Origin: an uncultured Methylomirabilota bacterium
Lineage (GTDB): Bacteria > Methylomirabilota > Methylomirabilia > Methylomirabilales > 2-02-FULL-66-22
NCBI GenBank assembly: GCA_963845565.1
Contig: CAWJSJ010000002.1
Location: forward strand, 960,001-1,024,000
Direction: 5' to 3'
DNA length: 64,000 nt
Shown: positions 45,945 through 55,766 of the stretch, piece after piece
Numbering within the stretch: the first letter of the stretch is position 1
Layout: each line of letters begins with the position of its first letter
Position numbers and translations under genes: made by a program
The notes under the pieces: model-generated
Told to the model about the DNA's origin: nothing
Seen by the model: the letters and a program-made list of their open reading frames with translations, nothing else
Databases searched by the model: none

Positions 45945-47261
45945 ATGCACATCGTGGCGCTGACTCCGAAGGTGAAAGAGGCGCTTGCTCGCAAGGGGAA
46001 CGCGTACGTGGAAATGATCCGCGAGCTTGTCCGGGCCTCGGCCAACGGTGACGAGGCGGCGGGGGAGCGCGTGGCGGCCGTCATGACGCAGGTCGGTGGG
46101 AGCGTGACCGTCATTCGGCGGAGCTTCGAAGAGGCGACGGCCGGGAAAGAGCCGCCGGAGCCGGTTGGTCCCGCGAGCCAGGAGCCTCCGCGCGGCAATG
46201 TGGTCGGCACATGGAAGGGGGCGGGGCGAGGACGATCCATGATCCTGTTTGCGCACCACGACAGTCCGGCCCCGAGCGGTCTCGATCGGTGGCGGTACCC
46301 CGCCTTCGACCCCCAGATCGTGGACGGGCGGCTGTACGGCTGGGGCGCGGCGGACGACAAGTCCGGCGTCGCGGCCATGATCGCCGCGGTGGATGTCCTG
46401 CGCGAAGCGGGTCTCTCCCTCGCCGGAGACGTCACGTTGGTGAGCTGCGTGAGTAAGAACCGGGCGCGCGGCATGGCGGTGGTCCTGGCACAGGGTCTCC
46501 AGGCCGATGGTTGCGTGTACCTCCACCCGGCGGAGAGCCGGCGCGGCCTGCGCGAGGTCAAGAACCTGACCCCCGGCCTCCTGGAGTTCCGCGTCACGGT
46601 AGGGGGCAGGGTTCCTGCCACGTCCGAGCCGCAGCACACCCCCTTCGCGCACCAAGGCGAGAACGCCATCGTCACGATGACCAGGATCGTGTCGGCCCTT
46701 CGGGAACTCGACGCGGTGCGAGCGGGGAGGATCAGTGAGCCTTCCTTGCAGGGAATGCTTGGACGCGCGACGAACCTGCTGATCGGCACCGTCACCGGCG
46801 GTGAGGGCGCGAGAAGGGTGCCCGTCCGCTGCAGCATCGATTGCAGCGCCACCTTCCCGACGCCGGAAACCGTCGAGAGCGTTCTGGCGGAGATCCAGGG
46901 CGCAGTAGATGCCGCCGCCACGAGCGACCCGTGGCTGTGCGAGCACCCGCCGGTCATCGACTGCTTGGAGGGAACACAGCCGGCGGGAATCGCGCCCGAA
47001 CACCCACTGTTCCAGATCGTGAGCCAATCCATCGCGGCCGTGACCGGTCACTCGCCTGCGCCCTACTGCGGCCACTCCGCGAGCGACATCCGGATCCCGA
47101 TGATCTACGCCGGCATCCCGGCCGTCGGCTACGGACCGCGCTGCACCGAGATTGCCGCGGCCGGAGCCGCCGACGAATCCATCGAGATCGCGGAGTTCCT
47201 CAGCACGGTGACGGTCACCGCCCTTGCTCTCGCCGCCTGGTGCGGGATCGAAGAGGGGTGA
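45945..47261 (+). CDS. M20/ArgE-DapE family protein with atypical active site
   Basis: AHHD, GRLYGWGAADDKSG and dimerisation domain; AGGAGG RBS. Confidence 0.85.
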   Translation: MHIVALTPKVKEALARKGNAYVEMIRELVRASANGDEAAGERVAAVMTQVGGSVTVIRRSFEEATAGKEPPEPVGPASQEPPRGNVVGTWKGAGRGRSMILFAHHDSPAPSGLDRWRYPAFDPQIVDGRLYGWGAADDKSGVAAMIAAVDVLREAGLSLAGDVTLVSCVSKNRARGMAVVLAQGLQADGCVYLHPAESRRGLREVKNLTPGLLEFRVTVGGRVPATSEPQHTPFAHQGENAIVTMTRIVSALRELDAVRAGRISEPSLQGMLGRATNLLIGTVTGGEGARRVPVRCSIDCSATFPTPETVESVLAEIQGAVDAAATSDPWLCEHPPVIDCLEGTQPAGIAPEHPLFQIVSQSIAAVTGHSPAPYCGHSASDIRIPMIYAGIPAVGYGPRCTEIAAAGAADESIEIAEFLSTVTVTALALAAWCGIEEG

Positions 47262-47388
47262 CACCGCGGATTTCACAGATTGCGCAGATTGGGAAGGCTG
47301 TGGACAAACGTTGCGGGGGTGCCCGGGCCGGAGGGCCGCTCTCCAGCCAACCGGAGAGCGGGATTCCTCGCTCAGCGTCGAGGGGCCC

Positions 47389-48309
47389 TTACCATGCCAG
47401 GACGCGCCGAGGGTTCTCAATCGTCATGACATCCAGCTCCGCCTGCGAGACGCCGCGCGCCCTGAGCAGGTCGAAAAACCGAGTGAACACCACGTCGTAG
47501 CCGACCCCGCCGAAGGCGTGCATGTCGGAGCGATGGCACCGGTCGCTGGAAAGGAGCAACCGCTCCGCCCACCCCGCCCGCACAAGGGCGACCAGTGCAT
47601 CGGCGCGCCGCTCATCCGGATTCATGTGAACGCGACCCACGGTATCGAACTGCGCGTAGGCTCCCGCCTGCAGGACGGCCAGGTGGTATTCGCGGTCCAG
47701 GAACGTGTCGCAGTGGCCAACGATCACGCGGGACGGGTCCACCCCCTCGTCCCGTAGGATGGCGAGCTGGGCCGTGCCGACGGGATACATCGAGGCATGC
47801 GTGGTGAGCGGGGCCCCCGTGGCGCGTTGGGCCCGCGCCGCAGCGCGAAGGACCCGCTCTTCTTGCGCCGTCAGGTAGCTCCCGTGGGCGCCGATCTCGC
47901 CGATGATGCCGGCGCGGATCCCGGTGCCGCCCACCCCCCGGGTTAGCTCGGCGATCATCTGGCCAGCCAACGCCTCGGTGGGCGTCCGGTCGATGGACTC
48001 CGGGTAGTACGGCTGACGGTACCAGCCGGTGCCCATGACGATGCGCAGGCCCGTCCGCTCCGCCACGCGCCGTAGCCGTTCGGGGTCTCGGCCAAAGTCC
48101 GGCGTCGTCACCTCGACCAGCGCCGTTCCGCCGGCGCGCACCAGCATCCCCAGCTCTTCGACGGCCAGTTCCTCGTCGTTGAGGAGTTGGTTCAGGTTCC
48201 CCGTGATCCGGTAGAAATCGCAGAAGACGTGCTCGTGAGGTAGGGTGCGTCCCAGAGCCGCCGGCTCCACGGGACCCTGCACGGTGTGGATCGTGCCTGC
48301 CTGCGCCAT
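47389..48309 (-). CDS. Phosphotriesterase-family protein
   Basis: TLPHEH, GIIGEIG, GHCD, LLSSD and ENPRR. Confidence 0.9.
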   Translation of the reverse strand: MAQAGTIHTVQGPVEPAALGRTLPHEHVFCDFYRITGNLNQLLNDEELAVEELGMLVRAGGTALVEVTTPDFGRDPERLRRVAERTGLRIVMGTGWYRQPYYPESIDRTPTEALAGQMIAELTRGVGGTGIRAGIIGEIGAHGSYLTAQEERVLRAAARAQRATGAPLTTHASMYPVGTAQLAILRDEGVDPSRVIVGHCDTFLDREYHLAVLQAGAYAQFDTVGRVHMNPDERRADALVALVRAGWAERLLLSSDRCHRSDMHAFGGVGYDVVFTRFFDLLRARGVSQAELDVMTIENPRRVLAW

Positions 48310-48322
48310 GCCCGTGTCCTTA

Positions 48323-48421
48323 GGAGCCGTTACGAAATAACCTATACATCTCTTTCTATTTCGTTACGGCTCCTTATGCCGTTTCGGAATGTCTCCGCTC
48401 AACTAATTCTTTGACAACGGC
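48323..48421. mobile_element. 99-bp MITE, family C copy 2, flanked by TTA
   Basis: Same sequence as 44453 except one base. Confidence 0.85.
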
Positions 48422-49213
48422 TTAATGGAGGATCTTGCCGAGGAACTGCCTGGTGCGCTCGTGCTGAGGCGCGGTGAAGAAGCGGTCTGCGGCGGCCTCC
48501 TCCATGATCCGCCCCTCGTCCATGAAGATGATGCGATCCGCCGCGGCCTTGGCGAAGCCCATCTCGTGCGTGACCACGATCATGGTCATACCCTGCTCCG
48601 AGAGCTTCAACATGACATCCAGGACCTCGGTGATCATCTCGGGGTCCAGGGCGGACGTCGGCTCGTCGAAGAGCATGAGCGCGGGCCGCATGGCCAGCGC
48701 CCGGGCAATGGCGATGCGCTGCTGCTGGCCACCGGACAGCTGCCCGGGGTAGGCGTCGGCCTTGTTGGGGAGTCCCACCATCTCCAGAAGCTGCCGCGCG
48801 TTGCGCTCCGCGTCCTCTTTCTTCTGCCGCAGGACGTGGAGGGGGCCGGCGGTGATATTCTCCAGGGCCGTGAGATGAGGGAACAGGTTGAACTGCTGGA
48901 ACACCATCCCCACGTCCTGCCGTTGCTTGGCCACCTCACGTTCCCGCAGCTCGACCGGCCGGCCGGCCGCCTCGCGGTAGCCCATGGGATGGCCATTCAA
49001 GCGGATCCGCCCCTCATCGATCTTCTCCAGGTGATTGATGCAGCGGAGCAGCGTGCTCTTCCCCGAGCCGCTGGGCCCGATCAGCACGATCACCTCGCCC
49101 CGCTGGACCGTCATCCCGACGCCCTTCAGGACGTGGAGCGACCCGAAGTACTTGTGGACGTTCTCGACCTCGACGATCGGCTGGCCGGATGTGGTTCCGG
49201 AAGGTCCTGACAC
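48422..49213 (-). CDS. Polar amino acid ABC ATPase
   Basis: [16 protein letters not shown] and [11 protein letters not shown]. Confidence 0.95.
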   Translation of the reverse strand: MSGPSGTTSGQPIVEVENVHKYFGSLHVLKGVGMTVQRGEVIVLIGPSGSGKSTLLRCINHLEKIDEGRIRLNGHPMGYREAAGRPVELREREVAKQRQDVGMVFQQFNLFPHLTALENITAGPLHVLRQKKEDAERNARQLLEMVGLPNKADAYPGQLSGGQQQRIAIARALAMRPALMLFDEPTSALDPEMITEVLDVMLKLSEQGMTMIVVTHEMGFAKAAADRIIFMDEGRIMEEAAADRFFTAPQHERTRQFLGKILH

Positions 49214-49224
49214 GGGACTCCTCG

Positions 49225-49986
49225 CTAGCGCAGGTCGTGTTCCATTTCGCGGCGGTCCAGACGGGCCGAGCCGCCATTGGCAGTGCCCGCCCCGTTGGTG
49301 CGCTTCCGCTCCGCCGTCGGCGTCACAGAGCGGCCGAAGTGGGCCTCAAGCCGCCGTTGCACTACCCCCCAGGCGGTAATCATCACCAGGTAGTAGAGCG
49401 CGGCCACGGTGAAGATCTCCAACACGCGGAAGTCGACCTGGATCAGCATCTGTCCGCGGCGCAGCAACTCCTCCATCGAAATCACCGAGGTGATCGAGGT
49501 GGTCTTGAGCAGGCCGTTGAAGTTGTTGCCCAGGGGCGGAATGATGACCCGCGCCGCCTGGGGCAGCACGATCACCCGCATCAACGTGGAATAGTCCATG
49601 CCCAAAGCGCGGGCGGCGTCGAACTGCCCCCTGGGCACCGAGAGGATGCCGGCGCGGATGATCTCGGATAAATATGCCCCCTCGTTCAGGCTGAGTCCCA
49701 GGAGCGCGGACTGGACGACATTCAGCTTAATCCCGACTTGCGGAAGGCCTGTGTAGATGATGATGAGCTGGACAAGGAGCGGGGTGCCCCGCATGATCCA
49801 CAGATAGAAGCCGGCAATGGATTGGAGCGCCCGGTTCTTGGACATGTTCATGACGGCCGCCAGCAGGCCCAATAGCAGCCCGAACGTCATCACGACCGCC
49901 GATAGCCAGATTGTGGTCCAAGCCCCTTCGAGCAGGTACGGGCTGACAAGGTACCGGAAGAACGCGCCCCAATCCCATCCAGGCAT
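49225..49986 (-). CDS. Polar amino acid ABC permease
   Basis: RGTPLLVQ and [17 protein letters not shown]. Confidence 0.93.
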   Translation of the reverse strand: MPGWDWGAFFRYLVSPYLLEGAWTTIWLSAVVMTFGLLLGLLAAVMNMSKNRALQSIAGFYLWIMRGTPLLVQLIIIYTGLPQVGIKLNVVQSALLGLSLNEGAYLSEIIRAGILSVPRGQFDAARALGMDYSTLMRVIVLPQAARVIIPPLGNNFNGLLKTTSITSVISMEELLRRGQMLIQVDFRVLEIFTVAALYYLVMITAWGVVQRRLEAHFGRSVTPTAERKRTNGAGTANGGSARLDRREMEHDLR

Positions 49987-50110
49987 CGAATTCGCCCCCG
50001 CGATGCTCCCCCAAGAAACCCCGCGGCGTCCCGGAAATTTCCGGTGCGCCGCGGGGGCCCATCCAGATTCCGGCCAGTCCAGCGAAATACCGAAAAGGCC
50101 TAGTTCCCAT

Positions 50111-50235
50111 CAGGCTGCGCAAAATGGTCCAGATGCAAGGCGACACACCGCAGGCGGAGCGAGGCGTACCGGAGGTACGTCGCAGCGAGTGCCAAGGTGG
50201 GTCAACGCCGCAGATGGGCCGTTTTCAGCAGCCGG
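50111..50235. mobile_element. 125-bp MITE, family D copy 2
   Basis: CAGGCTGCGCAAAATGGTCCAGATGCAAGGCG...GCAGATGGGCCGTTTTCAGCAGCCGG. Confidence 0.8.
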
Positions 50236-50236
50236 G

Positions 50237-51070
50237 CTATGGCATGTCGGGGCCCTTCAACTCCAGCGGCTTGTCCGCCGGCATCTTGGCGGCGCCCCAC
50301 TTGTCCATGAGCTTGTCGTAGGTGCCATCCTTGCGCATGTCGTTGAGCGCCTTCAATACCGCCATCCCGACCTCCTTGTTCCGGAAAGCCAGGGTGGCCG
50401 GCGATCCCCGCAGGCCGGAGACCGCCCGCTCGAAATCGCCGCGGTCTTGATAGTATTTCGCGTTCACGTCCACGCTGACGACCGCGTCCACCTGGCCCGC
50501 CCGCAGCGCCTGGAAAGCGTCCGCGAAGGTACTGAAGGTCCGGATATCGATCGGCTTCTCGCCGGCCTTGACCTGCTCCTCGTTGATGCTGGTGATCTGG
50601 CGGAATTCGTAGCCGCCGATCTCCACGGCGACCCGCTTCCCGGCGACGTCCTTGGTCGAGGCGATCTTCTGGGGGTTCCCCTTGGGGACCGCGATGCTGA
50701 CAGCCTGGTACTCGTAGGGGATCAGGTACAGGATCTTGGCCCGCTCCGGGGTGAAGAACATACCCGTGATACTGGCATCCCAGCGGCCGCTCTGCAGGCC
50801 CGGGATGTGGGTCTCAAAGCCCACGTTGATCCACGTCATCTTGAGACCCATCCGCTTGGCGATCTCCTCGCCCATCTCGATCCGCATCCCCTGGAGCTTC
50901 CCGCTGGCGTCCACAAACTGATAGGGGGGAATGGTCGCGTTCGTGGCCGCAGTGAGCGCGCCCGCCGTGACGACAGGCAGCGTCTGGGCCTGAACCACGC
51001 CCGGCAGGATGGCGACCGCCAGCACCATCAACCCGATGACCACGCAGAGATACCGTGTGCTCGTCTTCAT
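50237..51070 (-). CDS. Polar amino acid ABC substrate-binding protein
   Basis: Signal peptide; PPYQF, LQSGRWD and DGTYDKLMDKW. Confidence 0.92.
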   Translation of the reverse strand: MKTSTRYLCVVIGLMVLAVAILPGVVQAQTLPVVTAGALTAATNATIPPYQFVDASGKLQGMRIEMGEEIAKRMGLKMTWINVGFETHIPGLQSGRWDASITGMFFTPERAKILYLIPYEYQAVSIAVPKGNPQKIASTKDVAGKRVAVEIGGYEFRQITSINEEQVKAGEKPIDIRTFSTFADAFQALRAGQVDAVVSVDVNAKYYQDRGDFERAVSGLRGSPATLAFRNKEVGMAVLKALNDMRKDGTYDKLMDKWGAAKMPADKPLELKGPDMP

Positions 51071-51334
51071 AGCTCCTCCTCCGTCGATGCCAACTGTTTC
51101 GGACGTCTTTCCCTTCCTGCCGATGGCCTCGGCCAGTCTTCTGCAACGCCTATACCGAGAACACGGAATTGGCCCGCGCCGAGGAACCGCCCTATCCGCA
51201 AGCCCTTTACCCTCTCCGTCGCCGGAATCCGAGCCGGCATCACGCTTCCGGTGCCCACGCCGTGCGCATCGCCGGCCGTCGCTGATGGTTTTTGCGCCAG
51301 CCGGGTTCTCCAGCGACGCGTGGCTTCGCCGCCG

Positions 51335-52714
51335 CTACCGGACCGCGCCGCCCGGAGCCACGAATCGTCCGAAGCCCGGCTCTTGCCGGATTTCGTGGTC
51401 GGCGTAGACTGTCTGTCCACGCACCATCGTCTCTTTCACCCGGCCGCGGAAGGTCCGCCCCTCATAGGGGCCGCGCTGCGTCTTCGCCTTGATGTATGAC
51501 GACGTGAACGAATAGGTCCAGGTCTCATCCGGGTCCACCAGCACTAGGTCGGCATCGGCCCCCAGCCGGATGGCGCCCTTTTGCGGATAGAGGCCGTGGA
51601 TCTTTGCCGGATTGGTGCTGGCGAGCTGGGCCAGCCTTTCCCAGCTCAGGCCCTGGCGGTGGATCCCCTCGTCGACGAGGGAGGGGAGCAGGGTATCGAA
51701 GCCAGGCATGCCGGAGGGGATGGCGAAGATGTTCGTGCCGTGCTTGAGGCGATCGTCGTCGGTGAAGGGGAAATGATCCGAGGCCAGCGTATCGATGCGC
51801 CCATCCTTGACCATCTGCCACAGACCCCGGCGGCATGCCTCGCTCCGGATGGGCGGGGCGCACTTGGCGAAACCGTGCAGGCGGTCCAGGTCGTCGGTGT
51901 TCATGGTCAGATAGTGGGCGCATGTCTCGACCCAGACCTGCACGCCGTCCCGCCGCGCCTCTGCGATGACCGGCCAGGCGTTGGGCGTGGCCAGATGCAG
52001 GATGAGCACGCGGCAGCGGGTGTGGCGGGCGAAGAGCAGCACGCGGGAGATGGCCTCGATCTCGGCGATCTCGGGCCGTGCCTGCTCGTGGGCGCTGCCC
52101 TTGAAGTTGCCCTCGGCGGCGAGCCGCTTTTCGAAGCCGTCGGTGAGCGCGCTGTTCTCGCAGTGAATGCCCATCACGCCGCCCACGGCGGCGACCTTCT
52201 CCATGGCGGTGAGCAGCTCGTAGTCCGTCAGGCTGGCATAGTCCTTCCCGAACCAGGCCGTGAACACCTTGTAGGCGGTGCAGCCCGCCGCCTTCAGCCC
52301 CGCGATGTCGTCGGGTGTGTTGCTGACGCAGCCGCCCCAGAGTGCGAAGTCGATGACGCTCTTCCGCTCCGCGATGCGCCGCTTGTTGGTGAAGCCCGCG
52401 ACGTCGATGGCGGGCGGCACGCCCTGGGCCATCTCGATGATGGTGGTGATTCCGCCGCTGGCCGCCGTCATGGTGCCCGTGGTCCAGTCCTCGCGATGGG
52501 CGTTCGGTCCGGGCTCCCACACGTGGGCGTGCTCATCGACGAGGCCCGGCAGAACCACCCGGTGCCCGGCGTCCAGGACGGTCGTGGCGTCAAAGCGCTC
52601 CGGTCTGTCCGCGATACCGGTGATCCTTCCATCGGTGATGGCGATGGCGCAGGCGGTGAGGCCGTGTTCCAGGACGATGCGCGTGCCGTGGATGACTCGA
52701 TCCGCTCTCTGCAT
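51335..52714 (-). CDS. Cyclic amidohydrolase (allantoinase/dihydroorotase-like)
   Basis: DEHAH, GGITT, YKVF, HCEN, KCAPPIR and ASDH all intact. Confidence 0.9.
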   Translation of the reverse strand: MQRADRVIHGTRIVLEHGLTACAIAITDGRITGIADRPERFDATTVLDAGHRVVLPGLVDEHAHVWEPGPNAHREDWTTGTMTAASGGITTIIEMAQGVPPAIDVAGFTNKRRIAERKSVIDFALWGGCVSNTPDDIAGLKAAGCTAYKVFTAWFGKDYASLTDYELLTAMEKVAAVGGVMGIHCENSALTDGFEKRLAAEGNFKGSAHEQARPEIAEIEAISRVLLFARHTRCRVLILHLATPNAWPVIAEARRDGVQVWVETCAHYLTMNTDDLDRLHGFAKCAPPIRSEACRRGLWQMVKDGRIDTLASDHFPFTDDDRLKHGTNIFAIPSGMPGFDTLLPSLVDEGIHRQGLSWERLAQLASTNPAKIHGLYPQKGAIRLGADADLVLVDPDETWTYSFTSSYIKAKTQRGPYEGRTFRGRVKETMVRGQTVYADHEIRQEPGFGRFVAPGGAVR

Positions 52715-52771
52715 AGCCTTCTGCGCTCCCTGGGTTCGAGGCGGGGGCTGCCGGGAGATACCGGTTCGCCC

Positions 52772-55702
52772 TCAGAACCGCGCAAGGGTAAAGTCGCTGA
52801 TATCCCACCCCGTCTTGCCCCGGGTGATGAGATCGCTGGTGATGCGCCCCATGATGGGGCCGAGGGTGTACCCGTTGGAGGTCACGGTGTTGTAGAAGCC
52901 GGGGACGCCCGGCATCTCGCCCACGATGGGCGCCCCGTCGATGTTGATGTTCATCGCCGCCCAGGATCGCAGAATGTGCACGCCGTCCAGGGAGGGGACC
53001 ACCCGCCGCGCCACCCAGGCGTTGCCTTCCAGGCTGTCGCGCAGGCAGGTAGGGTATCCGGTGACGGCATCGTACCCTGCGGTCCACGCGCCGCCAAGGA
53101 TGAAATTGCCGTGCTGCATCTGCTTCATCGTCAGGTGGCGGTCGACGTGCGCCAGCAGGTGGTGCACCGCGGGGGCCACCGGTTCGGTCACGATCATCTG
53201 GAGCGGCGCGCCGTGCACCGGCACGGGTGTGCCCACCATGCCCGAGATCTGCGAGGCCCAGGCGCCGGCGGCGTTGACCACGATGCGCGCGCGGTACCAT
53301 CCCCGGGGCGTCTCGATCCGGAATCCCGTGGTCTCGCGGATGACGTTGAGCACCTCGACATTGACCGCAAAGCGCTGCTCGAGGGCGACGGCCCCGCGGT
53401 AGATGCCGTGCGTGCCCTTGAGCGGGTTGATCTTGCCCTCTTCGGGACAAAAGGACGCGCCCAGCATCGTGGGGGAGACCGCGGGGGCGATCCGCTGCAG
53501 CTCCTCCCGGTCGATGACCTCCACGTCGATGCCCATCTCGCGCTCGCGGGCGGCCTTCTCCCGCAGGATGCCCAGCTCGCGCTCGGTCTCGGCCATCATC
53601 AGGCCGCCGACGGTCTTGATCTCGAAGTCGCCCTTCAGCTCTCGCTCCAGCTCCGCCCACATGCGCGCGGATTCCCGCTGGAGCAGGAGCGTCTTCAGGG
53701 CGGGCGTGCCGCCCGATTCGGCCTTGCTGCCGAAGTCGAACGAGAGCAGCTGCACGTGCATGCTGCCGGCGTTGCCGCCGGACGCCTGCCCGTTGACCGG
53801 ACCGCGGTCGAGGATGAGGGCGCGCCTGCCCGCGCGACCCAGCCAGTACGCCGTGCTGCACCCGGCGATGCCGGCGCCGATGATGAGGATCTCCTCGTCC
53901 CCCAGGAAGTCCGATCCCGCCCGGGTGCGCGAGATGGGTTGCAGGGCGGAGCGCCTGTGCCCGCCCCATTCCGGTTTCTCCACGGCAAGGGCGCGCAGCG
54001 GGAGGGGCTTGAGCGGGGGTTGCGGCATGAAGAGCTGGTCGGCCCGGACGGGCACGTGCCGTTCCGTTTCCATCAGGCGGGACAGGCAATCCTGGCAATA
54101 GCGTCCCTGGCACCGACCCATGCCGGCTCGGGTGAGGCGCTTGAGGCTTCCCAGGTCGGTCGCACCCTCGGCGATGGCGGTTCGGAGCGCGCCGAGACTC
54201 ACCTCTTCGCACCGGCAAATATGGGTGTCGTCCGTGGCGACGTGGAGCGGGTCGGGGTCGGCGGCAAAGAGACCGCCCAGGGCGTCCTGGAAGGCCTGGT
54301 GTCGCGCTAACGCCCGGACATCGCGGCCCACCCGCTTCCGGTCGGCCGGAGTCCCCGTGAGCTTCTCGGCCACGCGGATGCCTGCCAGGCGGCCCTGGCA
54401 CGCGGCAACCCGGCCCCCGCCGATGCCACCCGCCTCGCCCACGATGTGCACCGTGGGGAGCGTGCTCTGCCCGTCCGCGCCGCGCTGCGCCCGGAGGGCC
54501 GATCCGCCGCCGGCGGGGGCGGCATGCGCGCAGCCGAGCTGCCGGGCCAACTCGCTGGAAGGGAGGAACCCGTAGCCGAGGCACACGGTGGCGGCCGGGA
54601 TCTCGCGCCCTCGCGTCCGGTCGGGCCGTCCGGCGGCGTCGCACGGGGCGATGCGCACCGCCTGAGGAGCGTCCGTCCCGATCACGCGGGTGATCACGTG
54701 GCCTGCGATGAGCGGCACGCGATGCCGGGCGAGCGTGGCGAGATAGCGCACGCCTTCGGCGGCCAGGTCGGGGCTGTGCCGGACCATGCGCAGGAGATCG
54801 GGCAGCCTCGTGAGGGACACGGCGGACGCCGAGACGACCGCCGAGACTTCGACCCCGGCCTGCACCAGCTGGCTGGCCAGCTGCAAGAGCAGCGGGCCGT
54901 TGCCGCACAAAGCCACGGGCCCATTCGGAACCACGCCATAGCCCCGCAGCAGGCTCGAGGCGCCGCCCACGGTGAGCACGCCGGGGAGGGTCCATCCCGG
55001 CACCGGGAAGGGGGCGTCGTAGGCGCCCGTGGCGATGACCAACTGCTCCGGCTGGAGGTAGAAGACACTCCCCTGGTGCAAGACGGCCAGCTCGAGGATT
55101 CCGTCGGCGCCGCTTCCGCGCCACACGAGGGCCCCGCTCAGGATCTCGCAGCCCAGCGCGCGGGCCCTGGCGATGAGGGTCGCCCCCGTGGCGGCGCGAC
55201 GATCCCGGCGCCCCCGGATCGATTCGGCAGGCTGCTCGTAGTATTGCCCGCCGGGCTCCGGGCGCTCGTCGAGAACGATCACGCGCACGCCGCCCTCGGC
55301 GGCGGCGATGGCCGCCTCCAGCCCGCCGGGGCCGGCGCCCACCACGGCCAGTTGGCAGCGGCGGCGGGGGAGCGGCCCGTCGGGGAGCGGCCCGAGTGGC
55401 GGCAGATCGGACATGGCGGGGAGCCCGTTCGCGGGCCAGCTTCTGACCACCATGCCGTCCGCCACGTGGGTCAGGCAGGCACGGACGGTTCCCATCCCCT
55501 CGACGATGGTCAGGCAATCGAAGCACGCGCCCATGGCGCAGAAGACATGGCGAGGGTGCCCGCCCTGCGTGTGGCGACCGATGCGCAGGCCGGCGGCGAC
55601 GAGGGCCGCGGCCAGCGTATCGCCGCGATGGGCGGTGACGGCCCGTCCGTCAACCTGTAGGGTGACGACCGGGCTGTCCGGGGTGGTGGGGCGGCTTCGC
55701 AT
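52772..55702 (-). CDS. Fused (2Fe-2S)+FAD/NAD oxidoreductase+BFD+DAO-family flavoprotein (opine/D-hydroxyproline oxidase, HcnABC-like)
   Basis: FCAMGACFDC, GAGPGG, ICRCEEV..GMGRCQGRYC, GAGIAG and ASGGNAG in one ORF. Confidence 0.88.
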   Translation of the reverse strand: MRSRPTTPDSPVVTLQVDGRAVTAHRGDTLAAALVAAGLRIGRHTQGGHPRHVFCAMGACFDCLTIVEGMGTVRACLTHVADGMVVRSWPANGLPAMSDLPPLGPLPDGPLPRRRCQLAVVGAGPGGLEAAIAAAEGGVRVIVLDERPEPGGQYYEQPAESIRGRRDRRAATGATLIARARALGCEILSGALVWRGSGADGILELAVLHQGSVFYLQPEQLVIATGAYDAPFPVPGWTLPGVLTVGGASSLLRGYGVVPNGPVALCGNGPLLLQLASQLVQAGVEVSAVVSASAVSLTRLPDLLRMVRHSPDLAAEGVRYLATLARHRVPLIAGHVITRVIGTDAPQAVRIAPCDAAGRPDRTRGREIPAATVCLGYGFLPSSELARQLGCAHAAPAGGGSALRAQRGADGQSTLPTVHIVGEAGGIGGGRVAACQGRLAGIRVAEKLTGTPADRKRVGRDVRALARHQAFQDALGGLFAADPDPLHVATDDTHICRCEEVSLGALRTAIAEGATDLGSLKRLTRAGMGRCQGRYCQDCLSRLMETERHVPVRADQLFMPQPPLKPLPLRALAVEKPEWGGHRRSALQPISRTRAGSDFLGDEEILIIGAGIAGCSTAYWLGRAGRRALILDRGPVNGQASGGNAGSMHVQLLSFDFGSKAESGGTPALKTLLLQRESARMWAELERELKGDFEIKTVGGLMMAETERELGILREKAAREREMGIDVEVIDREELQRIAPAVSPTMLGASFCPEEGKINPLKGTHGIYRGAVALEQRFAVNVEVLNVIRETTGFRIETPRGWYRARIVVNAAGAWASQISGMVGTPVPVHGAPLQMIVTEPVAPAVHHLLAHVDRHLTMKQMQHGNFILGGAWTAGYDAVTGYPTCLRDSLEGNAWVARRVVPSLDGVHILRSWAAMNINIDGAPIVGEMPGVPGFYNTVTSNGYTLGPIMGRITSDLITRGKTGWDISDFTLARF

Positions 55703-55721
55703 GTGAACGTCTCGGGCGTTA

Positions 55722-55766
55722 GGAGCCGTTACGAAATAACTTGTCCATTTATTCTTTGACAACGGC
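55722..55766. mobile_element. 45-bp short form of MITE family C, flanked by TTA
   Basis: GGAGCCGTTACGAAATAA-cttgtccattt-ATTCTTTGACAACGGC. Confidence 0.8.
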